Below the pieces are notes generated by a model. That model was not told the origin of the DNA. It saw only the letters and a program-made list of their open reading frames with translations, and did no database searches. The translations under genes and the position numbers were made by a program. Of a stretch of 64,000 bases of DNA, positions 44,931 to 57,191 are shown piece by piece; the stretch's first letter is position 1; each line of letters begins with the position of its first letter. Source of the DNA: Octopus vulgaris (lineage: Eukaryota); contig OX597814.1 of the NCBI GenBank assembly GCA_951406725.2, positions 3,286,001-3,350,000 of the forward strand, written 5' to 3'.

Positions 44931-45076
<146 letters not shown>

Positions 45077-45553
45077 CGATGGAATGAGCTAATAACAGAT
45101 AAGAGAGAAGTGAAAGGAGAGACATAGCAGAAAGAGCGGGAAGGGAGAGGGAAAGAATGATATAGGTGGAAAAAGAAGAGAGAACTCGGTGAGGGATGTG
45201 AACGGGTAATGGAGAAAGAGAGGGGGGAAGTGCCAATAATCAAAGTCTGCGATTAATTTCTGTTTTAAAGACAAATTTCATTATAAGAGAGTGTGGTGGG
45301 GTTCAGGGGCGTGGATCGTGGAAATACACACACACGCACACATACACAGAAACATACGACATGCACAGGTATAGTTAAACATATTTACACACACACACCT
45401 GATAACTTCCTAACGTTTATATAATTGCACACATATTGTACACATGGAGAGATACATGCACATGTAGGCACAGATATAAAAAGAAATCAAGAAACTACAG
45501 TGGGGATGAGGTGTATATATGTATATATATATATATATATATACATATATATA

Positions 45554-45590
<37 letters not shown>

Positions 45591-45610
45591 TATATACATA
45601 CATACACACG

Positions 45611-45659
<49 letters not shown>

Positions 45660-45984
45660 TCACGTACGTAGCTTCAACTTGTAGACAGATACGTATGTAC
45701 ATATATAAATGTATAAATTTATCAGTGGTGCCTAGACACATACTTATATGTATCTAGTCATCTACAAATACATATTTGTGTGTGTGTACACATATAGTGA
45801 AAGTGAGTGAAGGAGAGAGAGAGAGAGAGAGAGAGAACTTTTCCCTTCAGCAATATATTGTATTACCACTTCGTTGACATCTGAATGAACAGCAACGAGC
45901 ATGGAGTAGATTGTGTTGTACGCAATATTTGAAAAGTATTCTTTACCCGAAATATTGCCACGTTAAGGGTAACACATTAAGAAC

Positions 45985-46104
45985 AACGTTAAGGGTAACA
46001 CTTGTCTGTGGAGTGCTTAGCCACTTGCACGTTATCTTCACGAGCAAGCTGTTCCGTTCAGCGTGCCAGCTGGGACCTTCGTCATCGCAACCGACGGAGT
46101 GCTC
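45985..46104 (+). mobile_element. SINE family C 3' fragment
   Basis: ACGTTAAGGGTAACAC...CCACTTGCACGTT...AACCGACGGAGTGC. Confidence 0.75.
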
Positions 46105-46331
46105 CTAAAGAAAGACAAAGCGAGTCAACCGATTCTACATTGTTAGCTGTCGAAATTATTCTTGTGATTTACCTACAGAATGCATAAGCACAATGTGTAT
46201 ATGTGTGTGTGTGTGTGTGTAACACATCTAAGCACATTCACACAGAAAACCGCACAATATATAGAATGATATATAGAACTATGTAGGCACACTTAGAAAG
46301 ATTGATAAATACTGATACATACTTAAAGATA

Positions 46332-46491
46332 CAGGCGTGGCTGTATGCTAAGAAGCTTGCTTCCCAACCACATGGTTCCGGGTTCAATCCCACTGCGCGG
46401 CACCTAAGGCAAGTATCTTCTACTATAGCCTCAGTTCGACCAAAGCCTTGTCAGTAGATTTGGTAGACGGAAACTAAAAGAAGCCCGTCGC

Positions 46492-46539
<48 letters not shown>

Positions 46540-46790
46540 ATATACGCGGGGATTTTTCTTGTACGTATATATTTGCATCTGTCTTTTCCCCTGCCCTACC
46601 CCCCCACCCCCACCCCGGCCATCGATGAGTTTATATCCCCGCAAACTAGCGGTTCGGCAAAAAGAGCGATAGAGTATGTGCTAGGCTTACAAAGATTAAG
46701 TCCTGAGGTCAATTTCTGCGATTAACAAGCCTTTAAGGCGGTGCTCCAGCTTGGCCGCAGTCAAATGAGTGAAACGTGTAAAAGGAATAA
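46332..46790 (+). mobile_element. SINE family B, full length
   Basis: Head, B-box GGTTCAATCCC, CORE-like segment, microsatellite and tail. Confidence 0.9.
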
Positions 46791-46823
46791 AAAAGCAAAA
46801 TAAAAAACAATACTTAAAGGCAA

Positions 46824-46854
<31 letters not shown>

Positions 46855-46971
46855 TTCATGAGAAAATAGGAGTGTCTTGAAGCAGTAAGGTATAACAGTG
46901 CCTGCACACACACACACACACCTTATGAATACGTGCGTGCACGTGTGTGTGTGTAAGCGTGGTGTATGGGC

Positions 46972-47014
<43 letters not shown>

Positions 47015-47285
47015 CCTGTGTGAACGTATGTGTGGAGGTATGTATGCTTAAATAGGCTTCCTCAGACGTCTATACACTTAATAGCTACGATATTTTTGAT
47101 GGCTGTGTTGATGATGATGATGGTGTTGGTGGCGATTGTTGTGGTGGTGGTTGTGGTTTTGGCGGTGTCGGTGGTGGTGATGGCAGTGATGGTGTCGGTG
47201 GGGGATGGAGACTGTAAGCGAAGGGCTCAAGCGTTTGTTGAAAGCAAAGAATGGGTTATGGAGGAGAAGAACGAGGAAGTGTGCA

Positions 47286-47323
<38 letters not shown>

Positions 47324-47429
47324 GAGGAGGAGGAGGAGGAGGAGGAGACAAAGAGGTGGGGGGGGGGGGGGATAAAAGTGGGCAAAAGAAAGAAGAGGTG
47401 AGGCGATGGGGACTTCAAAACAAAATCTG

Positions 47430-47570
47430 GTCAAAGAAACAGGAAACCAGAGAGCGGCGATTTCCTTGGCGCAGCTTGGTGACTCAAGTGTCCATCTGGT
47501 GAGCACGTGACATCCGCGACGCTTAGGTTGCTTACAAGATGACCGCTGCCTACCGCACGAGAACAATGCA
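47430..47570. promoter_or_regulatory. Candidate enhancer (ETS, AP-1, NKX, E-box, Sox cluster)
   Basis: CAGGAAAC, ATTTCCT, TGACTCA, TCAAGTG, CATCTG, CACGTGAC and AACAATG within 140 bp of GC-richer unique DNA. Confidence 0.4.
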
Positions 47571-47922
47571 TGCCATAAGAGGGGCAACTACCACCACCAC
47601 CACCACCACCAGACCACTACTACTACTACTACTACTACTAAATAACAATGCTGCAACAACTACAGCAACAATAGCAAAGATAAACAACGACAAAATAATA
47701 AAAATAAAAAAAACCTAGTCAATGAGAGAGAGTCACTGGGTGGTTGTTCAGTTAGCTTGAAATAGCAACCAAATTTCAAGTTATTCACCATTTTTTTCTT
47801 GAAAGATAAGAAGGACAGACTGGTAAATGTAGTTTTAAATACACGGTGTCTAAATAGTTTAAGGTGTTGGTTATGGCCAGAACGAGTCTGATCATAGCCT
47901 GGGGCTAAATAACATTTAATTA

Positions 47923-48319
47923 CAGTTATCCTTCGCCATATCGCGGTTCACTTATCGCGGTTTATTCTTTAAGCTTACGTCGATTCCTCTGTGGTGTTGT
48001 TTTGCATTCATAACTAAATATATATATATATACAAATTATAAAAAATAATAATAATAAATATGCTCAGTCGGTAGAGCATCAGGCTTTTATGAGTTATCC
48101 TCAAAAGGGATCTGAGGGTCGCGGGTTCAAGTCCCTCTGCGGGCGCATAGTTTATTTTATAAAGGCGGTGCTCCGGCATGGCCACAGTCAAAGGACTGAA
48201 ACAAGTAAATGAGTAAAATAGTAAAGAGTATACAGTACAGTACTGTTTTTGCTTCGCGGATTTTCACCTATTGCAGGGGTGTTTTGGACGTAACATCCGC
48301 GATAATCGAAGCATTACTG
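47923..48319. mobile_element. Tigger/pogo-like MITE with TA TSD, hosting nested insertions
   Basis: TA|CAGTTATCCTTCGCCATATCGCGG ... CCGCGATAATCGAAGCATTACTG|TA. Confidence 0.65.
48063..48145 (+). tRNA. tRNA-Lys(TTT) with a 19-nt intron; 5' acceptor strand missing, probable pseudogene
   Basis: D arm GCTCAGTCGGTAGAGC, anticodon stem-loop TCAGG-CT-TTT-A, intron 48091-48109, ATCTGAGGGTC, T arm GCGGGTTCAAGTCCCTC, 3' end TGCGGGCG. Closely resembles eukaryotic tRNA-Lys-TTT; positions 1-9 are replaced by AT-rich sequence. Confidence 0.85.
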
Positions 48320-48475
48320 TATACAAGATACTGTAGATTCAGACATCTTACATGCTAACTTGGTGTATAATAAGCAAACTAGGTGTACTATATACTGATT
48401 AGACGTATTTCACATACACAGTGTGTGTGTTTAATTGTTGTTTTCTATCCATGGGTCAACACTGATCGAGAATAC

Positions 48476-49066
48476 ATATTTCTTTACTACCCACAAGGGG
48501 CTAAACATAGAGGGAACAAACAAGGACAGACATAGGTATTAAGTCGATTGCATCGACCCCAGTGCTTAACTGGTACTTAATTTATCGATCCCGAAAGGAT
48601 GAAAGGCAAAGTCGACCTCGGCGGAATTTGAACTCAGAACGTAGTGGCAGACGAAATACCTATTTCTTTATTACCCACAAGGGGCCAAATACAGAGAGGA
48701 CAAACATAGGTATTAAGTCGATTGCATCGACCCCAGTGCGTAACTGGTACTTAATTTATCGACCCCGAAAGGATGAAAGGCAAAGTCGACCTCGGCGGAA
48801 TTTGAACTCAGAACGTAGTGGCAGACGAAATACCTATTTCTTTATTACCCACAAGGGGCTAAACACAGAGAGGACAAACAAGGACAGACAAAGGTATTAA
48901 GTCGATTGCATCGACCCCAGTGCGTAACTGGTACTTAATGTATCGACCCCGAAAGGATGAAAGGCAAAGTCGACCTCGGCGGAATTTGAACTCAGAACGT
49001 AGTGGCAGACGAAATACCGGTAAGCATTTCGCCCGGCGCGCTAACGTTTCTGCCAGCTCGCCGCCT
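48476..49066 (-). mobile_element. SINE family A trimer within one 17-bp TSD
   Basis: Junctions at 48660/48661 and 48834/48835; TSD ACACTGATCGAGAATAC at 48459-48475 and 49068-49084. Confidence 0.95.
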
Positions 49067-50164
49067 CACACTGATCGAGAATACGAATGACCAAAGCCAT
49101 TGCAGCCACGCCTTAAGATATCCTATTAGTGATATTCTGACGGAACACAGGCATGGTGATACTGAGATGGAGATATAGCCATATATGATATTGCGATTGT
49201 GGATATAACTACGGTGATATGTGGATTTAGACATAATCATGGTGACATCCGCGAGCATACAGCCACGGTGAACCTGAGATATGGAGATAGAGCGAAGGAG
49301 ATACCAGGACGGAGATATAGCATAATGGATATCAGGACATGGATGTAGCATAGAGGATATCATGAAAGAGTAAGAAGGTAGTGGGTATTGGGGTGGAGCT
49401 GGAAGGTAGTGGATATCAGGCCAGGGATACAACATAGGGAATATCAGGAAGGAGATGTGAAAATGGCGACCTCAACGCTCACGGTAGAGATACTGTGGCA
49501 CAGAATTAGGAATATTTAAGGGGTCATAGGTATAAAGATATAAGTGATGGGAACATACATTACAGGGAACACACACGCACACACATAGGTAGCGGGAGGG
49601 AGGGGTTATTTTTAAGAGTAAACCCCGTCATGTTGGCTACTAGCTGGGCCACAGTGAGACGCCGAAACTGAAAATGATAACAAGGTCGGACTGTTATGTC
49701 CCGTGTTGATATCACAGAGATGGAACTGATACGGAGCAAAGTGATATGGCGATATCGGCTCATAATATTGTGATTATTAGATATGGATATGACAGTGGTG
49801 GTGGTGGTGGTGGCGGTGGCGCTAGCGGCAGACATGATGGGTGTGAGTAGTGATGAAGACAATAAGATTGATGGCGAGGATTATGCAAATGGTGATGGTA
49901 GTGATAGCGTTGGTGGTGGTGATGATGATGATGATGATGACATCTGTCTGTTGATAGAGCTACGAGAACTGATACAGATGTGGTTCCGATGCAAAAAGAA
50001 ATAAATAAATGGGGGGGGGACCATGAGCTCCAGATAACAAGATGTCGTTGAACACCATGTGATATAACCATCAAAGTAATGGCATTGATAATGATGATGA
50101 TGATAATGACGCAGGTGGTGGTGATCACGATGATCGTGGTGATGGTGAGGATGGATCGATAATG

Positions 50165-50377
50165 GTTCCAAATTTTGCCACAAGGGCAGCCATTTTAGGA
50201 GAGGCGATAAATCGATTACATCGACTCCAGTACGCAACTAGTAATGAATTTATCGACCCAGAAAGGATGAAAGGCAAAGTCGACCTCGGCGGAATTCGAA
50301 CTCAGAACGTAGCGACGGGCGAAATACCGCTAAGCATTTCGTCCAGAATGCTAACGATTCTGCCAGCTCGCCGCCTT
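50165..50377 (-). mobile_element. SINE family A copy (alternative tail) with TSD
   Basis: TSD AGGAT(G/A)GATCGATAATG at 50148-50164 and 50378-50394. Confidence 0.92.
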
Positions 50378-50682
50378 AGGATAGATCGATAATGCTATCT
50401 AATCAAAAGATATCGATACGACGATATCGATTTAATGAGCGTGAAATAATTAATTTTACTTAAAGAAAATATTTATCTTCCAGCTCAGTCCTGAATTAGT
50501 GTGTGCGCGCGCGCTTGCATATCATATATATATCATCAGAGGTGTTCCAGCCATGACCATACCAACTTCTATTCAGGGGTTACCTAGTACTCTTACATCA
50601 TATATCGCTCTTCATTCATTTTTTGTAAGGATTTCACTTCTATTGCTAAAAGGTCGAGAGACTAAGGTGAGACTTCTTTGCT

Positions 50683-50902
50683 TCTTTACTCTTTTACTTG
50701 TTTCAGTCATTTGACTGCGGCCATGCTGGAGCACCGCCTTTAGTCGAGCAAATCGACCCCGGGACTTATTCTTTGTAAGCCCAGTACTTATTCTATCGGT
50801 CTCTTTTGCCGAACCGCTAAGTAACGGGGACATAAACACACCAGCATCGGTTGTCAAGCAATGCTAGTGGGACAAACACAGACACACAAACACACACACA
50901 CT

Positions 50903-50956
<54 letters not shown>

Positions 50957-51121
50957 TACGACGGGCTTCTTTCAGTTTCCGCCTACCGAATCCACTCACA
51001 AGGCTTTGGTCAGCCCGAGGCTATAGTAGAAGACACTTGCCCAAGGTGCCACTGCGTGGGACTGAACCCGGAACCATGTGGTTGGTAAACAAGCTACTTA
51101 CCACACAGCCACTCCTGCGCC
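50683..51121 (-). mobile_element. SINE family B, full length, young
   Basis: Near-consensus head GGCGCAGGAGTGGCTGTGTGGTAAGTAGC through to the tail. Confidence 0.93.
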
Positions 51122-51397
51122 TTTGTTATCGTAATTTATCTTAATTAATGATGGCGCTAATTGTGATTATGATAATGACGATTTCTAGAACTGGTACACG
51201 TTTTAAAGATGGAATATAGCAACCCCAGTACATAGCTGGTACTTCATTTTGTGGAACGCTGAGAGGGAAATGCCAAGACTGCAGGCGCAAAATTGGAAAA
51301 TATATATACAGAGACGGAACTAAAAAGTAAGACATATTTAGCACGATGCTCTACCGACTCTGGTTTATCCGCATCCGAGTAATAATAAGGATAATGG

Positions 51398-51781
51398 TTT
51401 TAAATTTTGGCACAAACACGGCACTTTCGGGAGAAAGGACATACAAAGGGATTAAGTCGTAACTGGTACTTATTTAATCGACCCCGAAAGGATGAAAGGC
51501 AAAGTCGACCTCGGCGGAATTTGAACTCAGAACGTAGCGACGGGCGAAATGCCTATTTCTTTACTACCCACAAGGGGCTACTCACAGAGGGGACAAACAA
51601 GGACAAACAAACGGATTAAGTCGATTATATCGACCCCAGTGCGTAACTGGTACTTATTTTATCGATCATGACAGGATACATGGCAAAGTCAACCCCGGCG
51701 GAATTTGAACTCAGAACGTAGAGACGGACGAAATGCCGTTAAGCATTTTGTCCGGTGTGCTAACGATTCTGCCAGCTCCTT
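51398..51781 (-). mobile_element. SINE family A dimer
   Basis: Junction GGCGAAATGCC|TATTTCTTTAC at 51553/51554. Confidence 0.88.
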
Positions 51782-51950
51782 TCCTTAAAGTAATCATGGT
51801 GGGAATGAGAAGAGGATGGAAGATGATGCTGACGGCGACGATGATGGAATGAATTGCGCCTACGCGAAACACAAAGACATCGGGGCTCAAAGAATCGGAT
51901 GAGTTATTGGAAGACCACATGCGTGCACGTGCACACTTACGCACACGCAT

Positions 51951-51989
<39 letters not shown>

Positions 51990-52103
51990 TATATACTATA
52001 TATATATATATATATTATATATATATATGTGTGTGTGTGCATATATATTTATATCAATACAGGCATCTGTATACATACATTCAAATATATGCATGCGTAT
52101 TTA

Positions 52104-52189
<86 letters not shown>

Positions 52190-52344
52190 CACAACACAGA
52201 GGCATGCATACAATACATATATACACATGGCGATAGATAGGCCGACAGGCAGGCAGACAGACAGACAGATAGATAGATAGAGAGATAGATAGAGAGAGAG
52301 AGAGAGAGAGATAGATAGACAGATAGATAGACATACAGACAAAC

Positions 52345-52412
<68 letters not shown>

Positions 52413-52428
52413 GGATAGATAGATAGAT

Positions 52429-52530
<102 letters not shown>

Positions 52531-53155
52531 CAGACAAACAAGCAGTTACAGATATACATAAATACACACACACACACGTGTATGTGTGGGTAGGCAAAGG
52601 GAGAGATTTGTATATTTATATTATAGTAACAGAAATAGAAAGAGACAGACGAGTGAGGCTTGCAAGATTAAACATCCCAGTCATAAAGAGAGACGGTGTC
52701 AGAGAGAGAAATCTTTAACGAGCAAGAAATGCAAATAATTAAGATATTTATATTGATTGCAGAAAGAAAATCCAGAAAGAGAAAGGAGAGAGAGAGGAGA
52801 AAATAATGTTATAAAAATGAAGAACTTACAAGGAGGTATATGGCGTCCAGCAAACAAACAGGAATGGCTACAAGTGTGAAACCTAAACAGATATGTATAT
52901 ATGTATATATGTATATGTATATATATAAATACGCGCGCACACACACACAATGTACTGGATGTGTTGTGTAGAGTAGAAGAGAAACACCAATGGTCGTCTG
53001 GCGGCCTTCATCTATTGTTTTTCCTGAGTTTCACTCCCTAAATATGTCCTACTTCACATTTCACTTGGCTCCCAACATCCGTCAACACATTCAACATACG
53101 CACACACACACACACACACACACTCACACAAAACGCACGCGAGCACACACACAAC

Positions 53156-53202
<47 letters not shown>

Positions 53203-53365
53203 GTATGTATATGCGTGTGTTTTTGACTCTGTGTGTACGTATACAAACACAAACAAAATGTTTTTTTCTGTGTCCTGTTTCATTTACTCTCTCTTCTTGT
53301 CTTGCTATATTTGTATGTGTGCGTGTGTGTGCGTGTGTGTTTGCATACATACATATACATGTATG

Positions 53366-53396
<31 letters not shown>

Positions 53397-53581
53397 CTAC
53401 ATATATGCATATCTGTATGTATATACGTATACATATACACACACACATAAGTACATACACACACAGATATATAAATGATATATAAATAATAAATAAATAT
53501 ATACATACATATATGTACATACCTACATGTACATATACACACACATATATATAGGTATATATATATATATATGTATATATA

Positions 53582-53619
<38 letters not shown>

Positions 53620-53763
53620 CTATACATATATATACATATATATATGTATATCTATACATATATGTATACGTATGTATACATACATACATACGTATATATA
53701 CATATATATACTATATATATATGCATGTATGTATATATATGCATGTGTATATATATGCATATG

Positions 53764-53862
<99 letters not shown>

Positions 53863-54234
53863 GGCGGTGCCCCGGCATGGCCACATCTTGTGAGCTGAAA
53901 CTAGATAAATAAAAAAAATAAATATATATATATATATCCTTCACTTAACTCCTGTTACAGGCGCCTGTAGCTTATTCGAGTAACTTTTTTGACACACGCA
54001 CAGACACACGAACACATGATACATACTCACATATTCATACATACTTAAAAACACACACACATATACACACGTGTTTCTACACACACATATTTATATACAC
54101 GCAATCGTCTTTAAATGCCTAAATATGTCTTATAGTAACGTGATTATCGCTAAAGCATTTGTGATGACAAAGCTAAACGTTGATTTAGTCTGCAGTTCTT
54201 TTCGACCATTTGGTGAACCCAATTGGAAGAGTCA

Positions 54235-54569
54235 GGCAAGGGTCTTCTACTATAGCCTCAGGCTAATCGACCCCAGGACTTATTCTTTGTAATCCTAGTA
54301 CTTATTCTATCGGTTTCTCTTGACGAAACGCTAATTGCCGGGGACGTAAACACACCAGCATCGGGGGACAAACACACACACACACACCACACACACCACA
54401 TACACACATCACACACACACACCACACACACCACATACACACACCACACACACCACATACACACACACCACACACACACACACACATATATACCATAGGC
54501 TTCTTTCAGTTTCCGTCTACCAAATCCACCCACAAAGGTAGACGGAAACTGAAAGAAACCTATCGTATA

Positions 54570-54605
<36 letters not shown>

Positions 54606-54642
54606 TGTCTGTGTCTGTGTGGTGTGTGTGCATGTGGTGGGT

Positions 54643-54676
<34 letters not shown>

Positions 54677-54876
54677 TGTGTCTGTGTCTGTGTGTTTGTC
54701 CCCCGATGCTGGTGTGTTTACGTCCCCGGCAATTAGCGGTTCGGCAAGAAAGACCGATAAGAATAAGTACTAGGATTACAAAGAATAAGTCCTGTGGTCA
54801 ATTTGCTCGATTAAAGGCGGTGCTCCAGCATGGCCGCAGTCAAATGACTGAAACAAGTAAAAAGAGCATAAAAGAA
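54235..54876. mobile_element. SINE family B with a local inverted duplication (foldback)
   Basis: Arms 54265-54521 (-) and 54537-54803 (+) share private variants. Confidence 0.88.
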
Positions 54877-55279
54877 CATAGGCCTAAGGGTGGAGCCCTG
54901 CGTTCACAACCACCTTTTGACCCAAGAACCTCTGTGAACCCTATTTTACTCAACTGGACCCTTATAGCCATTCGAAGTCCCATTAAATTTTTATAATTAA
55001 ACATTAGAAATTGTGTAAAACATTTTCTTTTTGATATTTTCTCCGGTAAATAACCGTTTTATTGTACAAAGTTGTTAGCAAAATTTTATAAGGACCCCGG
55101 AAGAGGACCATCGATGTACAGCAAAAAGGTGGGAAGGGCATGGGTGGGTTGCTTTTAAACATGCGGCACCTTAAAAAGGACTAAGCCGCGACGAAACAAT
55201 CTCAACATATGTGTTTGTATGCACATACATGTATACACACACACACACACACACACACACATACTATGTGCGTATGAAT

Positions 55280-55318
<39 letters not shown>

Positions 55319-55479
55319 GTGTGTGTGTATGCAGATTTGTTTGTGTGTGTGTTTATGTGCAATTAAGTTGTGTAGTGATTTAAGGAAGGGTTTTGTTGGA
55401 ATTGTTTGGGGAAAAACACTTAGAATTGTTTTATTTACTCGTTTATTTATTTAGTGGTTTGTGTGTGTGCGTGTGTGAC

Positions 55480-55516
<37 letters not shown>

Positions 55517-55587
55517 ATGGGACAAGGAGACAGAAAGAGAGAGGTCAGAAAGAGAGGTTGAGTAGGATGCTTGAGAGAAAGAATTAA

Positions 55588-55629
<42 letters not shown>

Positions 55630-55692
55630 GAATTTATATTATTTGTGTATGTTTGTGTGCGTATGTGCGTGTGTATGCATGTGTGTGAATAC

Positions 55693-55747
<55 letters not shown>

Positions 55748-55861
55748 GTATTCACACACATATTCTTATTTAAGAACGACAAATTCGCACTTTGCAAAAG
55801 TATAGAGTAACCCATCAGATGAATGTAAAAGCGTTTTTACTATAATTGAGCACAAAAGCTT

Positions 55862-55990
55862 TTATTCTTTTACTCTTTTACTTGTTTCAGTCATTTGACT
55901 GCGGCCTTGCTGGAGCACCGCCTTTAGTCGAGCAAATCGATCCCAGGACTTATTCTTTGGAAGCCTAGTACTTATTCTATTGGTCTCTTT
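55862..55990 (-). mobile_element. SINE family B 3' half
   Basis: Reverse complement of the tail consensus. Confidence 0.85.
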
Positions 55991-56375
55991 CTCGTATGTA
56001 TTTCTCTGTGGGTCTGTGTTTGTCCCCACCACCAAGTTTTCAGTAGTTATGGTGTAAAATAGGGAGTTTGAACGATTTAATGGTGTAGGTATGATTGCGG
56101 TTAAGAAGCTTCTTTCACGGCCACTTGGTTCTCTCTTTGCTCATTCAACACCTGAGCTTTGATTCAACCAAAATTGTGTCTTTGAAATTTGGTAAATTTC
56201 AGAGATTATACTCTGACTGAAATAGCTGTGAGGTTAAGAAGCTCACTTGGCAACCATCTGGTTTTAGGATCGGTCCCACTGTGCAGCATCGTGAGTAAAT
56301 AGTGTATAATCCAGAACTGATCAAAGCCTTGAAAATGAGTTTGGTAAATGGAGACTGAAAGAAGCCAGTCATATA

Positions 56376-56960
56376 CAGGCTGACCATAAACCTTGGCTGC
56401 ATAAACGAAAATGCATATTTTCAAGAATTTTATTCAACTCCATTCATGAAGAACCATTTCCACCATTATTGATGCAAAATTCTGTGTATTTTGTGAGATT
56501 CCTGTGAACCCAATGCAGTACCTGCACAGATCAGTCAGTTTGAGACCATTCATTCATGGGTACACGGAGGGGATGCGGAATACACTTTTGCAGAAGGACA
56601 AAAAGCCGAAGCCAAGAAGCCCAACGGACACAATACCGAACGGACATAAAGCCGAACGGACAAGTAACCGAAAAAACATACGAAGATTAAAATTTAAGCT
56701 CGTTAAATCTTAAGTGCTAAATTGGTGAATTGGTCATTAAACTATGTAGGTAGGAATTTTTTTTTTATTGTGCCCGTCCGGCTTTATGTCTATTCGGCTT
56801 CTTGTCCCTCAAAAAAAGTGCATTCGGCATCCTGTCCACGTACGCATTCATGATGTGTTCCTTTAGATGGTTCCTCTCTGAGATTTTCATTGAGTACACC
56901 GTCTCCTTCAGTGTATCCCAGAAAAAGAAGTCAACACAACTCTGATGAGCGAGGAACACA
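56376..56960 (-). mobile_element. Tc1/mariner transposase 3' remnant
   Basis: Minus translation ..PRSSEL..DFFFWDTLKETVYSMK...HLKEHIMN...HWVHRNLTKYTEFCINNGG resembles the WPPRSPDLNPxDFFxWGxLKxxVY...CIxxxG C-terminus; TA|CAGGCTGACC terminus. Confidence 0.75.
56559..56844. mobile_element. MULE-like MITE nested in the Tc1/mariner remnant
   Basis: Imperfect long TIRs with GGACA(T/A)AAAGCCGAA subrepeats; 8-bp TSD CATTCATG at 56551-56558 and 56845-56852. Confidence 0.75.
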
Positions 56961-56977
56961 TTTCACAAGAATATTAG

Positions 56978-57191
56978 TTTCAACATTTTTGGCATGACGT
57001 CAGCAATTCCAGTGGAGGGTGTAAATCGATTACATTGACCCCAGTGCACAACTAGTACTTACTTTATTGACACTGAAAGGTTAAAAGGAAAAATCGACAT
57101 CGTTGGAATTTGAGCTCAGAACCCGAAGACGGACGAAATGCCGCTAAGCATTTCGTCCGGCGTGCAAACGATTCTGCCAGCTCGCTGCCTT
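56978..57191 (-). mobile_element. SINE family A copy
   Basis: Head AGGCAGCGAGCTGGCAGAATCG and Meta-like body. Confidence 0.85.

Noticed and set aside
54888-55110. Possible hAT-like MITE remnants (also near 26250 and 36532)
   Set aside because: Only one terminus-like motif each, with no paired TIR or TSD.
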